A stretch of 60,486 nt of DNA, from the NCBI GenBank assembly GCA_964510925.1, contig CAZEDS010000002.1:32482-92967 (forward strand), written 5' to 3'. Of this stretch, positions 37,156-46,542 are shown one piece after another. A model generated the notes under the pieces. The model was not told the origin of the DNA. It searched no databases and saw nothing but the letters and a program-made list of their open reading frames with translations. The position numbers and the translations under genes were made by a program. Each line of letters begins with the position of its first letter. The stretch's first letter is position 1. Origin of the DNA: an uncultured Candidatus Saccharibacteria bacterium. GTDB lineage: Bacteria; Patescibacteriota; WWE3; 2-01-FULL-39-13.

Positions 37156-38274
37156 ATGTCTGAGCAATTTCCAATTGAATCCGATTTATCGGAACAAGGT
37201 CAATATCAATATCCATATATCGAATTTAATAGCGGATCGTTTGTTGATGGATTAGCTGCGATTGAAGGTGCTGCTGGATTTGTTGAATTATCTACAAAAC
37301 GGACAACTCAAGCTTTTTATAAAATTCGTGAATCTCTTGCGAAAAACCTACACAAACAAGGGATAAAAGATCCACAAATTGGTTTGAGCGTTTTGGGTAG
37401 CCGTTTGTTTGAGCCTAATTATGCAATGGGTTGGACTACGTTTATGCGTGACGGTAATTCATTAGTACCAACAAGTTTTGATATGCCAGATATATCAACT
37501 CTTGGTGATTTAGCTAGTTCTTCAGTTAAAACGGCATCAAATTTTCCACGAGATGGTATGAGTACAATTGGAAACTTAGCTAAAACCTTAGGTTGGCATT
37601 TGCTTTGTGTTAAAGATCAGGAAGAACAATCAGCGATGTTGAATAATACTTTGTTGCATTGGCATGATATTGGAAACGCCATTCATCGAATGCGTTTTGG
37701 TATTAGGGTTCATTCTGAGCAAATTAGTAAGTCGCCACAATTATTAACTGAAATTTATGATGGTTTGAATCGTAATCAATTATTGAAGAAAGCATACTTA
37801 TCCGTCGAAATTTCACATTGGATGCAAAGTCCAAGCGAATGGATTGAGTTTGTAAAAACTATTCAAAGAGATAAGCCATATTTAAAAGTTGTTGCTTCTG
37901 GTGATATTTCACATGTTCAGCAAAGTATGGATAGCCGCAATATGGATGGAACAGCATTTGAGACTCTTCGCAGAATTATGGAAGATCCTAGCGCACCAGA
38001 GTTTTCAGGTATTGAACTACATAGCTGGGACGGAAATAGCGAACATGCACATGGCAGTTTGCAAGAACTTAATCCAAATGGTTTATCAGATTTATTTTTA
38101 GCCTATGGAGCTTCGGCTGCACGTAAATCTCAGGCTGTAATCAGGGTCCCAAGCAATGCAATTATTGAGACAGCACCTCTAAGTGAAACTAAGTTCTTAG
38201 GAATTCCTCAAGGTGCATCATGGTTAATGCATAATGTTATGAATCCTTACCGCAGAGGTTTTAAGGGTAAGTAA
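37156..38274 (+). CDS. Hypothetical protein, possible xylose-isomerase-like/AP-endonuclease-2 TIM barrel
   Basis: Order of possible metal ligands SVEISH, GDISH, ELHSWD, HGS, IIE fits that fold. Confidence 0.5.
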   Translation: MSEQFPIESDLSEQGQYQYPYIEFNSGSFVDGLAAIEGAAGFVELSTKRTTQAFYKIRESLAKNLHKQGIKDPQIGLSVLGSRLFEPNYAMGWTTFMRDGNSLVPTSFDMPDISTLGDLASSSVKTASNFPRDGMSTIGNLAKTLGWHLLCVKDQEEQSAMLNNTLLHWHDIGNAIHRMRFGIRVHSEQISKSPQLLTEIYDGLNRNQLLKKAYLSVEISHWMQSPSEWIEFVKTIQRDKPYLKVVASGDISHVQQSMDSRNMDGTAFETLRRIMEDPSAPEFSGIELHSWDGNSEHAHGSLQELNPNGLSDLFLAYGASAARKSQAVIRVPSNAIIETAPLSETKFLGIPQGASWLMHNVMNPYRRGFKGK

Positions 38275-38357
38275 TAGCTTTAACTACTATCTGGTTTTAC
38301 ACAAATAATCTCCAATCAAATTTAGTCTACTAATAATGTATTTTTATATGGAATTCT

Positions 38358-38430
38358 CGACAGGTCTAAAAGTGTTTTTCATTTTTTTGAATGCGATTGC
38401 ATCCAAATGATTAACATTTTAGACCTGTCG
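38358..38430. repeat. Palindromic element
   Basis: CGACAGGTCTAAAA(G)TGTT (38358-38376)/AACATTTTAGACCTGTCG (38413-38430). Confidence 0.75.
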
Positions 38431-38457
38431 GTGCGGCGGCGGTGTTAGTTTAGATGA

Positions 38458-38916
38458 TTATTGATATCCGGTGAATACGTAGTTTTTGGGGTCGTTTGCA
38501 CCTGAGGTTGTTGCTCCCCAGCTCGATTTCATCGAGACTGTGTAGAAGCATTCTTCCTGTGGATGCCAAAGGCCAACTGCGGGGATTCTGTCGATGTTTT
38601 CCCAGTTTAAAGGGTAGTAATCACCCTTAAATCTGAGATACATCGGTTGAGGACTATTGCAGTCGACGGCTGCAGACCAGATGTTCCAGTCCCCGAACAG
38701 AAAACAATTTTTGCAGTCTTTCCCATCGATTTCCCACCATGTTACGGTTGGCATGGGGGTGGGTGTGATTACAATTGGCGTTGGGATCGAGGCCGGATCC
38801 AAACTTGAAACCAGCGGTAACCAAATGTTGTTATCTTGTGCCAAACAGGCTTTGTAGACTAGAAACGAAATCAACATTGCCACTACAGACAAAATTACTT
38901 TTTTGAATTTTCTCAT
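38458..38916 (-). CDS. Secreted hypothetical protein, GC-richer than its flanks
   Basis: AAGGAG SD before ATG 38916; signal peptide, IWLPLV motif, PT linker, Trp/Cys-rich domain. Confidence 0.7.
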   Translation of the reverse strand: MRKFKKVILSVVAMLISFLVYKACLAQDNNIWLPLVSSLDPASIPTPIVITPTPMPTVTWWEIDGKDCKNCFLFGDWNIWSAAVDCNSPQPMYLRFKGDYYPLNWENIDRIPAVGLWHPQEECFYTVSMKSSWGATTSGANDPKNYVFTGYQ

Positions 38917-38998
38917 TTTTTTCTCCTTATTCCGCCGCTTTTTGCTGTCTTGGCGTGTGTTTTTTAAAAGTAGCAGTCTTAACCTATAATGAGTTAAA

Positions 38999-40084
38999 AT
39001 GATGGGACAAATGCACGATTTCAACCCTAAAATTACAAAAATCCAAAATGTGTTGGGCGATTCTGTGCCTAGGTTTCGTTTGGATCAGATCGCTGAGGCG
39101 ATTTACAAAAAACATATATCTAAGTTTTCGGATATTAGTACCTTGCCTATTTTTTCTAGAGAAAAACTAGAAGAAACCGTTGGCGATACGTTATCTTTGA
39201 CCATTGCACGTGAATCTATTGGTCAGCAATCTCACAAGGTTTTGTTTTCTACTAAAGAAGGAGATCAAAAGATTGAAGCCGTGCGAATGACTTATTTGCC
39301 GAATGCCAATAGAAAACATGTTCATTATTCATTGTGTGTTTCGAGCCAGTCGGGTTGTGCATTGGGTTGTACATTTTGTGCGACTGGTGCAGTTGGTTTC
39401 AAAAAAAATCTTACGGCCGAAGAAATCACTGACCAAGTTTTGTATTTTTTACAAAAGGGTTTGCCAATCGATAGCATTGTTTTTATGGGAATGGGAGAAC
39501 CGTTTTCGAATCCGCATCTTTTTGATGCATTAAAAATTTTAACGCATGAAGATTTTTTTGCGATGAGCCCAAGGCGGATTAGTGTTTCGACGGTTGGAAT
39601 TATTCCTGGTATTGAGAGATTGATTAAAGAATATCCGCAGATGAATTTGGCTTTTTCGCTTCACTCGCCTTTTAATGAAGAGCGTTTATCGATCATGCCG
39701 GTTAATCAATCTTATCCGATAGAATCTGTAATGCAGACGATTAATAAATATGTTGTCGAAACAAATAATCGTGTTTTTATTGCTTATATTTTATTAAAAG
39801 GCGTTAATGATTCTCCAAAACATGCAGAAGCTCTTGCTGATCTTATAAAAGGACAAGGTTCAAAGAGTTATCTTTATCATGTTAATTTGATTAGATTTCA
39901 TCCAGGTTCAACTTTAGAAACTTATCAAAAACCTGAAGATTCCTCCGTGAATAAATTTATGTCAATCTTGACTAATCATGGTGTTAAAAATACTTTGCGA
40001 CAAAGTTTTGGTTTAGACATTGATGGTGCTTGCGGGCAACTTTATGGAGAGTATGAATCCAAAAATAAAAAGGTTATAGACTGA
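38999..40084 (+). CDS. cfr: Cfr-like (RlmN/Cfr family) radical-SAM 23S rRNA A2503 methyltransferase
   Basis: CALGCTFC, FMGMGE, SLHSP, ACGQL; Cfr-type segments KKNLTAEEITDQVLYF, SPRRISVSTVGIIP, YHVNLIR, FGLDIDGACGQLYG. Family certain; clade judged by eye. Confidence 0.75.
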   Translation: MMGQMHDFNPKITKIQNVLGDSVPRFRLDQIAEAIYKKHISKFSDISTLPIFSREKLEETVGDTLSLTIARESIGQQSHKVLFSTKEGDQKIEAVRMTYLPNANRKHVHYSLCVSSQSGCALGCTFCATGAVGFKKNLTAEEITDQVLYFLQKGLPIDSIVFMGMGEPFSNPHLFDALKILTHEDFFAMSPRRISVSTVGIIPGIERLIKEYPQMNLAFSLHSPFNEERLSIMPVNQSYPIESVMQTINKYVVETNNRVFIAYILLKGVNDSPKHAEALADLIKGQGSKSYLYHVNLIRFHPGSTLETYQKPEDSSVNKFMSILTNHGVKNTLRQSFGLDIDGACGQLYGEYESKNKKVID

Positions 40085-41174
40085 TTTCTTTTAGATACTC
40101 GATTTGATTTTTATATTCATTCGAATTATTTTTCAAAATGTGTGGTTGTCCAAAATCTTCAATTAACGTTGGATATATATTGATTGCTTCAATTTTTTTT
40201 GAAGCTTTATCTATTGTTGTTTTAACGATTATTCCTTCACGAGTTTTTTTTGACCACATTTGGTCAAAAATTGTGTTTCCATGAGAATAAACGATTAGTT
40301 TATCTTTGTAGATTTCGAGTGGTTGAATCCAATGCGGATGGTTTCCCAAAATCATATCTGCCCCGTCGTTGATTGCTTGATATGCAATATCGATTTGGTT
40401 CTGTGTAGGTTTTGCTTGATATTCGACTCCCCAGTGAAACATTATCACCACAAATTCTGAGTTTTGTTTTGTGATTGCAATCTCATTTTTGATTTTTGTT
40501 GAATCAATGCAATCAGGGCGTTTTTGAGTGCATTCAATTTGGTTGTAAGCTAAAAGTGCAATTTTGACGCCATTTTTTGTGATGTATTTTGGATTTTCCA
40601 TTCCTACCGGAACAATATCTGCATCTTCTAAAATTTTTATTGTGTCGGAGATTCCTTTTTCGCCATAATTAAATGTGTGGTTGTTGGATAAACTTGCAGC
40701 ATCAATTCCTGCCAAAAGCAGACCTTGTGTATGCTTTTCAGACGCACAAAAAATCATGCCGGTATTTTTTGAAGGGCAGTTTTCAAATAATGGATTTTCT
40801 AAATTAATAAATGTTAAGTCGCTATCTTTTAAGGTTTCAGAAATATTTTTGAAAGCCCAACTAAAATCTTTATGCTCAATTGTTTTTATGTTTACAGCAC
40901 GGCCAAGCATAATGTCACCGGTTGAAGTTATTGTGAATGAGTCGTTAGTTTGAACTTGCGGTTGTTGTTCAAATATTTGGCTTGTGTTTGTTATAAATGT
41001 TTTGGTTTTAGCGGGTTTTTGTGGTTTTCGGTTTTGAATGCTTTGATCTATGACTTCTGTTTTTGATTGATAATGTGTTTGATTTAACTCGCTTTTTTTA
41101 TGAAAGTATTTATAGATAAAGATGGCTTCAACTATAAGAGCGATTAATGCTAAAGAATAAATGTATTTTTTCAC
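40074..41174 (-). CDS. capA: CapA/PGA_cap family metallophosphatase-like protein
   Basis: TGDIMLGR, NLENP, SLSNNH.FNYG, FHWGVEY, ILGNHPHWIQ, YSHGN. Confidence 0.88.
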   Translation of the reverse strand: MKKYIYSLALIALIVEAIFIYKYFHKKSELNQTHYQSKTEVIDQSIQNRKPQKPAKTKTFITNTSQIFEQQPQVQTNDSFTITSTGDIMLGRAVNIKTIEHKDFSWAFKNISETLKDSDLTFINLENPLFENCPSKNTGMIFCASEKHTQGLLLAGIDAASLSNNHTFNYGEKGISDTIKILEDADIVPVGMENPKYITKNGVKIALLAYNQIECTQKRPDCIDSTKIKNEIAITKQNSEFVVIMFHWGVEYQAKPTQNQIDIAYQAINDGADMILGNHPHWIQPLEIYKDKLIVYSHGNTIFDQMWSKKTREGIIVKTTIDKASKKIEAINIYPTLIEDFGQPHILKNNSNEYKNQIEYLKEISL

Positions 41175-41914
41175 TTAATGCTTCGTGTGAACTTTTCAAA
41201 AATTATATTTTGTTCTGGAATTTTATTTGCCCAAAGAGTTTTTTCGCATTCGTCGACCATTGCTGGATGACCGCACAAATAATAATGCGCATGATTATCA
41301 AATTTGCTTGTATCTGAGATTGCTAAAGTTATTCGTCCTGCATTATATGGAAAAGTTTCATCTTGCTGTGGCTGCGAAAAATATACTTTGCAAACAAAAT
41401 TTTTGAGGATTGTTCCAATTTTGCGGATTTCTTCGGCATAAAACATTTCGGTGCTATTTCGAACTCCAAAAAATAAGTTTATAGAACCTTCATAGGTTAT
41501 GTCAGAAAGCTTATGTAACATCGGTATAAATGGCGCAAGGCCAGTGCCTGTAGCAAAAAAATTAATTTGAGGAACTGCAGTGTTTTTTAGTCTAAGCATT
41601 CCAGCTGGTCCAATAAAGTTTACTTCGTCACCTATTTTGAGCTGACGCAAATAATTTGAACCGACGCCTTCGTGTGCAGCTGTAACAATTATCTTTAATT
41701 GTTCCTTGTTTTTATAGTCTGATGCTATTGAATATGTTCGATACGCCATTGGTGATACTTTGAGTGAGATAAATTGACCAGGTTCAAAATTTAAAATTGG
41801 CGGATTTATATGCCTAAAAGTGAATTCCCAAACACGGTCATTTAGACGTGCGATGTTCAAAACTTCAGATTTATATTGTTTTGGTACGTTTGCATTTTTT
41901 ATCAAAGTTGCCAT
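41171..41914 (-). CDS. Ferredoxin-NADP reductase family FAD/NAD oxidoreductase
   Basis: PGQFI, RTYSIAS, GVGSNYL, ATGTGLAPF, LFFGVR, YLCGHPAM. Confidence 0.88.
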   Translation of the reverse strand: MATLIKNANVPKQYKSEVLNIARLNDRVWEFTFRHINPPILNFEPGQFISLKVSPMAYRTYSIASDYKNKEQLKIIVTAAHEGVGSNYLRQLKIGDEVNFIGPAGMLRLKNTAVPQINFFATGTGLAPFIPMLHKLSDITYEGSINLFFGVRNSTEMFYAEEIRKIGTILKNFVCKVYFSQPQQDETFPYNAGRITLAISDTSKFDNHAHYYLCGHPAMVDECEKTLWANKIPEQNIIFEKFTRSIK

Positions 41915-41965
41915 ATAAATTTAATTCAATCGTAACATACCATGTGTTTATGGTAGGCTCAATTA

Positions 41966-43174
41966 ATGTCACGTATTAATAAAATTGTAAAGTCGCCTAT
42001 TTTTATAGTATTTATCATTTTGATCGGCACTTTGTTACCTATTATTTATTTTTTGAGCATAAAGTTTAAGAATCTAAATCCGGTGGATTATATTCCTCAA
42101 GCTTCATGCAAAAGCTCAATAAAAAAGCACATGATTCATAGTCAAGACGAATTAAACAAATATCCATTTGCAATATTTGCTGGTGGTTGTTTTTGGTGTA
42201 CTGAAGCCGATTTTCAAAAAATGGACGGCGTTTTAGAAGTGATTTCGGGTTATACAGGTGGAAAGCTCGAAAATCCAACCTATTCTGATGTTACAAGTGA
42301 AACATCCGGTCACCGTGAAGGAGTCAAAGTTTATTATGATCCATCAAAAGTTAGCTACGAACAGTTAGTTCGAAACTTTTTAAAACATATTGATCCAACA
42401 GATGCTTTTGGCCAATTTTATGATCGAGGCGAAAGCTATGAGACAGTTATTTTCTACTTAAATGATACAGAAAAGCTTACAGCTCAAAAGAATTTAGACG
42501 AATTAAATAATGCAAAGATCTTTGAAAAACCAGTTGCCGTAAAACTTATTGCCTTTACTAATTTTTATAATGCAGAAGAATATCACCAAAATTTTGCAGA
42601 AAATAACACAACAAGATATTGTGCATATAGAAATGCTTCAGGCAAAGATACTTTTTTAGACAAATATTGGAAAAACCGAGACTGGGTCGATTCAAATAGT
42701 AGCTCGGGTTCAAAGTCGTCGACCAATGTTTACACAAAACCTTCACAAGAAGAAATCAAAGCAAAGCTAACTCAGCTTCAGTATGATGTTACACAAAACG
42801 AAGCAACCGAACGTGCTTTTAATAATGAATACTGGGACAAAAAAGATGCCGGTATTTATGTCGATATTGTAAGTGGCGAACCACTTTTCAGCTCAACCGA
42901 TAAGTTTGATTCAGGTACAGGCTGGCCAAGTTTCACAAAAGTTTTAGATCCAACATATATAGTAGAGAAAAAAGATAACCGATTATTTTTTTCAAGGACC
43001 GAAGTCAAAAGCAAAATTGCAGACTCCCATTTAGGTCATGTTTTTAATGACGGACCAAAAGACAAAGGAGGTTTGCGTTATTGTATGAATTCGGCTTCCC
43101 TAAAATTTATTCCAAAGGCACAGATGGAAGCCATGGGTTACGGCGATTATCTTGACCAAATATCGGAAAACTAG
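41966..43174 (+). CDS. msrAB: Membrane-anchored MsrA-MsrB fusion
   Basis: N-terminal TM; AGGCFWC, AEEYHQ; [23 protein letters not shown]. Confidence 0.93.
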   Translation: MSRINKIVKSPIFIVFIILIGTLLPIIYFLSIKFKNLNPVDYIPQASCKSSIKKHMIHSQDELNKYPFAIFAGGCFWCTEADFQKMDGVLEVISGYTGGKLENPTYSDVTSETSGHREGVKVYYDPSKVSYEQLVRNFLKHIDPTDAFGQFYDRGESYETVIFYLNDTEKLTAQKNLDELNNAKIFEKPVAVKLIAFTNFYNAEEYHQNFAENNTTRYCAYRNASGKDTFLDKYWKNRDWVDSNSSSGSKSSTNVYTKPSQEEIKAKLTQLQYDVTQNEATERAFNNEYWDKKDAGIYVDIVSGEPLFSSTDKFDSGTGWPSFTKVLDPTYIVEKKDNRLFFSRTEVKSKIADSHLGHVFNDGPKDKGGLRYCMNSASLKFIPKAQMEAMGYGDYLDQISEN

Positions 43175-43805
43175 GATTCGGAAACGACCACCTATTTTCA
43201 GGCTTTGTTTTATTTGAATTTATATATCCATGTAGTTCTAATAAGTTGAATTCTTGTGTTTGCTGTTGTGGATATTCAGACGCACATGAAATCGCAGTTA
43301 GCTCTAGATTTGGATCGTTTTCAATCCCCAAAAATAAGATTTCTGGCGTACGTTGACCTTTATAACCATGAGGTTTGTTCTTAAAAGTTAAATTAATCGC
43401 ACCTTGCGCTTCTCTCGCTAATGAGATCGCATTAACATTGTGCCCTATTTGGTTTCTAACGAATTTAACATTTTTCTGCCATTCAGATAATCTATATAGC
43501 AATGCGTCGCATAATAATTTTTCATTGTTACTAAAAACCGAAATTTGTGTAACGTTATTCCATTGCTTTAAAGGATTAATCAAAAATGCCAAAGTATCAG
43601 CAAGTTGAGCACGATTAAACCTTTGTTCCCAATCATTTAAATCTTTGGCATCAGGTTCAATTAATATTATTGATGTTGGATTTTTTGCTATTAGCTCAGC
43701 AGTTTCGTGTATTTTATATATTTGATCTGCTTCAGGTTGTTCACCTTCAGTATAAAATCTTGTAATTGAAGTCTCTTCTTCTAGGTGAAATTTATCTATC
43801 ATCAA
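43107..43805 (-). CDS. Hypothetical protein
   Basis: 232 aa ORF with TATAAT just upstream; overlaps the msrAB 3' end; no family recognised. Confidence 0.55.
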   Translation of the reverse strand: MMIDKFHLEEETSITRFYTEGEQPEADQIYKIHETAELIAKNPTSIILIEPDAKDLNDWEQRFNRAQLADTLAFLINPLKQWNNVTQISVFSNNEKLLCDALLYRLSEWQKNVKFVRNQIGHNVNAISLAREAQGAINLTFKNKPHGYKGQRTPEILFLGIENDPNLELTAISCASEYPQQQTQEFNLLELHGYINSNKTKPENRWSFPNPSFPIFGQDNRRNPWLPSVPLE

Positions 43806-43918
43806 GAGATGATTATACTATAGGACAAGGTTGCAGGATATATCGCAATATATATGTTTTATCTTGATAATATACCGAAATTGGCCGAATTCCCTTATAG
43901 ACCGGACAAATCAATGCT

Positions 43919-43927
43919 TGGTATAAT
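43919..43927 (+). promoter_or_regulatory. Extended -10 promoter for tRNA-Glu
   Basis: TG-G-TATAAT ending 12 nt before the tRNA. Confidence 0.65.
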
Positions 43928-43939
43928 TACCATCAGTTT

Positions 43940-44014
43940 GGCCCTATCGTCTATCGGTTAGGACAGCAGGTTTTCATCCTGTAAAGCGGGGTTCGATTCC
44001 CCGTAGGGTCACCA
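43940..44014 (+). tRNA. trnE: tRNA-Glu(UUC)
   Basis: 75 nt; acceptor GGCCCTA/TAGGGTC, anticodon arm GCAGG-TTTTCAT-CCTGT, GTTCGAT T-loop, encoded CCA. Confidence 0.95.
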
Positions 44015-44020
44015 AAAAAT

Positions 44021-44053
44021 AGCCAGCACCTAAAAGGTGGTGGCTTTTTTTTT
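44021..44053 (+). terminator. Intrinsic terminator after tRNA-Glu
   Basis: AGCCAGCACC-TAAAA-GGTGGTGGCT followed by a T-run. Confidence 0.8.
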
Positions 44054-44131
44054 TGATCCTACAACGGAATTTAACTTTCTGTTGCGATAGCACAGAGGTT
44101 CTGGGCGAAGCCTAGCGAACGCAGTGAGCGC

Positions 44132-44149
44132 TTCCCCGTAGGGTCACCA
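44132..44149 (+). repeat. 18-bp direct repeat of the tRNA-Glu 3' end (att-like)
   Basis: TTCCCCGTAGGGTCACCA, identical to 43997-44014. Confidence 0.85.
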
Positions 44150-44254
44150 TTTGTCCTTCACTCACATCAAATTCACGTTTTAGCTCTATAAATGGGGCTA
44201 ATTGTGGTGTTCCATACTTTAATTCATCGTAGGTAGGAAGACCTTCAAAAATAA

Positions 44255-44515
44255 GACTCTCAAGCATACACACATTTTGTTGAAACTCTTGGAATCAAAA
44301 TCTCTATGAGTAAAAAATCAAGCCCATGGGAAAATGGCTTTCAGGAATCTTTCTATTCACATTTTAAATCAGAATTTGGTGACTTTAATAGGTTTGACGA
44401 TATTGCCTCTTTAATCGAAAATATTTACAGGCAAATTTGGTATCACAATAATCAAAGAATTCACACTGCTTTAAAAATGAGCCCACTTAGTTATAGAGAA
44501 TTCCATTCCAAATAA
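44255..44515 (+). mobile_element. IS3-family transposase remnant (integrase-core C-terminus)
   Basis: Frame open from 44255: ..LGIKISMSKKSSPWENGFQESFYSHFKSE..YHNNQRIHTALKMSP; the upstream part is missing. Confidence 0.75.
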
Positions 44516-44810
44516 TTGGGTACTTGCCATTTAGTATTGATTCTTTTTCAGTTTCCTCTATTGCTCTTAATCCACCTTCAACCATTGTTACTGATTTATT
44601 ATTATTTGCTTTTGGTAAAAACTCATCAAAGAATGATTTTAATTGATCAAATTGTGAATGGTCAGAATCAAACGTATGAATAGATCCAAAATAATAAAGA
44701 AATTGATTATCCTTTTCTATTTTAAAAGTTATAGGTTTGCCAGTTAGTCGAGAGATTAAATTGTTGTCCCATTTTGATAGTAGCGATTTAATTTCATTTA
44801 ATTTATTCAT
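44487..44810 (-). CDS. Hypothetical protein, probably truncated
   Basis: 107 aa; the C-terminus runs into the antisense of the IS remnant. Confidence 0.4.
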   Translation of the reverse strand: MNKLNEIKSLLSKWDNNLISRLTGKPITFKIEKDNQFLYYFGSIHTFDSDHSQFDQLKSFFDEFLPKANNNKSVTMVEGGLRAIEETEKESILNGKYPIIWNGILYN

Positions 44811-44889
44811 TAGGATTCTATGCTTATTAACTTGAAATAATAATTTTCTTCTATATTATATCTTTATTACACAATTATATTCACATGGT

Positions 44890-45603
44890 ATGACTAAACA
44901 AGGGCTAGAGAAAATATTCGAAAATAATAAGGATTTACAAAAAAGAATAGAAATACTTAAGCTTGCTTCAAATTTGAATCCAGGTTTTAAACAACCTCAT
45001 ATAGTTGGTGGATTTTTAAGAGACCTAGTTCTAGATAACAAGCCCTCTGACTGTGATGTAATTTTTGAAGGTAATATAAAAAATCAGCCAGGGATCTTAG
45101 AGTGTGTTATTGAGGCAGCAAAGACTTTGGGCTACGAACCGTACAATGATTGGGAATTTGAAAACTTTAAAACATGGGATTTGTCAGATAATATAATTGA
45201 GGATTCCATTGGATTCTATTCTAATCATACCGACTATTTATCCCAAATTACCTATGATACAGAAAAAAGAGTGTCTATTGGTTCTGATAGAGTTTTATAT
45301 TGCTTAGAAAATAGACTATATGATGTTAGATATGATGGAATTTTAGTCTGGGTTGGCTTCAGAGGACGAAGTTATTTTAGATCTTTGGCTGGTCTTTGCG
45401 TTAGAGGGCTTTATCTTTGTCATAAGCTTAACCTAAGCACATCGGAAGCTTCAACTAAATTATTTAAGAAATTTGATGAATTATATGAGAAATTAACTAA
45501 TAAAGAACAAGAGGATGTACTAGAACAATGGAAAAGAAAAACAATAAACCTGAGTAATTTAGAAGTAACGCTTTCAAAATACGAAATAAAAAAGTTAAAG
45601 TGA
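44890..45603 (+). CDS. Nucleotidyltransferase (CCA/poly(A)-polymerase-like head, Pol-beta fold)
   Basis: IVGGFLRDLVL...SDCDVIF (GGxxRD and DxD); no HD domain. Confidence 0.7.
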   Translation: MTKQGLEKIFENNKDLQKRIEILKLASNLNPGFKQPHIVGGFLRDLVLDNKPSDCDVIFEGNIKNQPGILECVIEAAKTLGYEPYNDWEFENFKTWDLSDNIIEDSIGFYSNHTDYLSQITYDTEKRVSIGSDRVLYCLENRLYDVRYDGILVWVGFRGRSYFRSLAGLCVRGLYLCHKLNLSTSEASTKLFKKFDELYEKLTNKEQEDVLEQWKRKTINLSNLEVTLSKYEIKKLK

Positions 45604-46542
45604 ATTTATAATTAAATCGGCCTCTACCACAAATTTCTTTAACATTTCATAGTTCCTTACCTTTTTAGATTCTGAGTACTCTATACCGTCCAATATTTTC
45701 CCCGCATAAAAGTTTATTTTGTTCAATAACATTAGAACTCTTGTCTGATTTAATAATCTATGAAAATCATAGCCCGTATATAGTTGCTCAAATGCTTCTA
45801 AATTTATATCGGTCTTTGCCATTACCTCTACATAGTTTTCTATATATTGATTTATGTCGACGAGTCCGCTTCCAAATCTCGTATTAACCCAATCTAAAAC
45901 TTTAATTTGCCCTGTAATTCGATTGACCAATAAATTCTGAGTTTCCAAATCTCCGTGTTCAAGTATATTGGGTAATTCATCATTTTCCTTTAAAAATAAT
46001 AAATATTGTTCTTCCCTATTCTTTAGATTGAGCAGCATATCGTTAAGTTCTTCGAATTTACCTCCCATTAATAATTTTTCAATTATATTCAAAGGTTTGA
46101 GAATTAAATATTTTTTTTGAATATCAACTGGTTCTTTATATAATGTAGTATCTACTTTGAATGTAATTTGATGTTTATTTATTATCCAAGTCTTTAATTT
46201 AGATAGGTCGTTTCTATCAAAATTTCTATAATTATCAGAAGATAGGTATTCCATGATGATAAGGTTATTCGAGGAATATAATATTTTAGGGGCGGATAGG
46301 GCATCATGAGTATTAAGTATTTCGGTATATGTCTTAACCTCTCTTGTATGCCAATCTTCTAAATACTCTTTAACAATGAATCTTTTATTTACAACTTCTA
46401 TCAAAAAAACATTGTCTGTAAAACCACTTGGTATGTGCTTTGATTTTATTACACCAATATCTTCTTGAAGAATATTCCTTAAAGCTTTTTTTATTTCTTC
46501 AATATCATTTAGCTCTCCCCATACAAGCTTATTCTTTTCCAT
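45595..46542 (-). CDS. Aminoglycoside-phosphotransferase/choline-kinase family kinase
   Basis: SGFTDNVF, FIVKEY, Brenner motif HGDLETQN, VLDW. Confidence 0.82.
   Translation of the reverse strand: MEKNKLVWGELNDIEEIKKALRNILQEDIGVIKSKHIPSGFTDNVFLIEVVNKRFIVKEYLEDWHTREVKTYTEILNTHDALSAPKILYSSNNLIIMEYLSSDNYRNFDRNDLSKLKTWIINKHQITFKVDTTLYKEPVDIQKKYLILKPLNIIEKLLMGGKFEELNDMLLNLKNREEQYLLFLKENDELPNILEHGDLETQNLLVNRITGQIKVLDWVNTRFGSGLVDINQYIENYVEVMAKTDINLEAFEQLYTGYDFHRLLNQTRVLMLLNKINFYAGKILDGIEYSESKKVRNYEMLKKFVVEADLIINSL

Noticed and set aside
38917-39024. N-terminal extension of ORF 38458..39024
   Set aside because: It overlaps the cfr-like start; the SD and signal peptide support ATG 38916.
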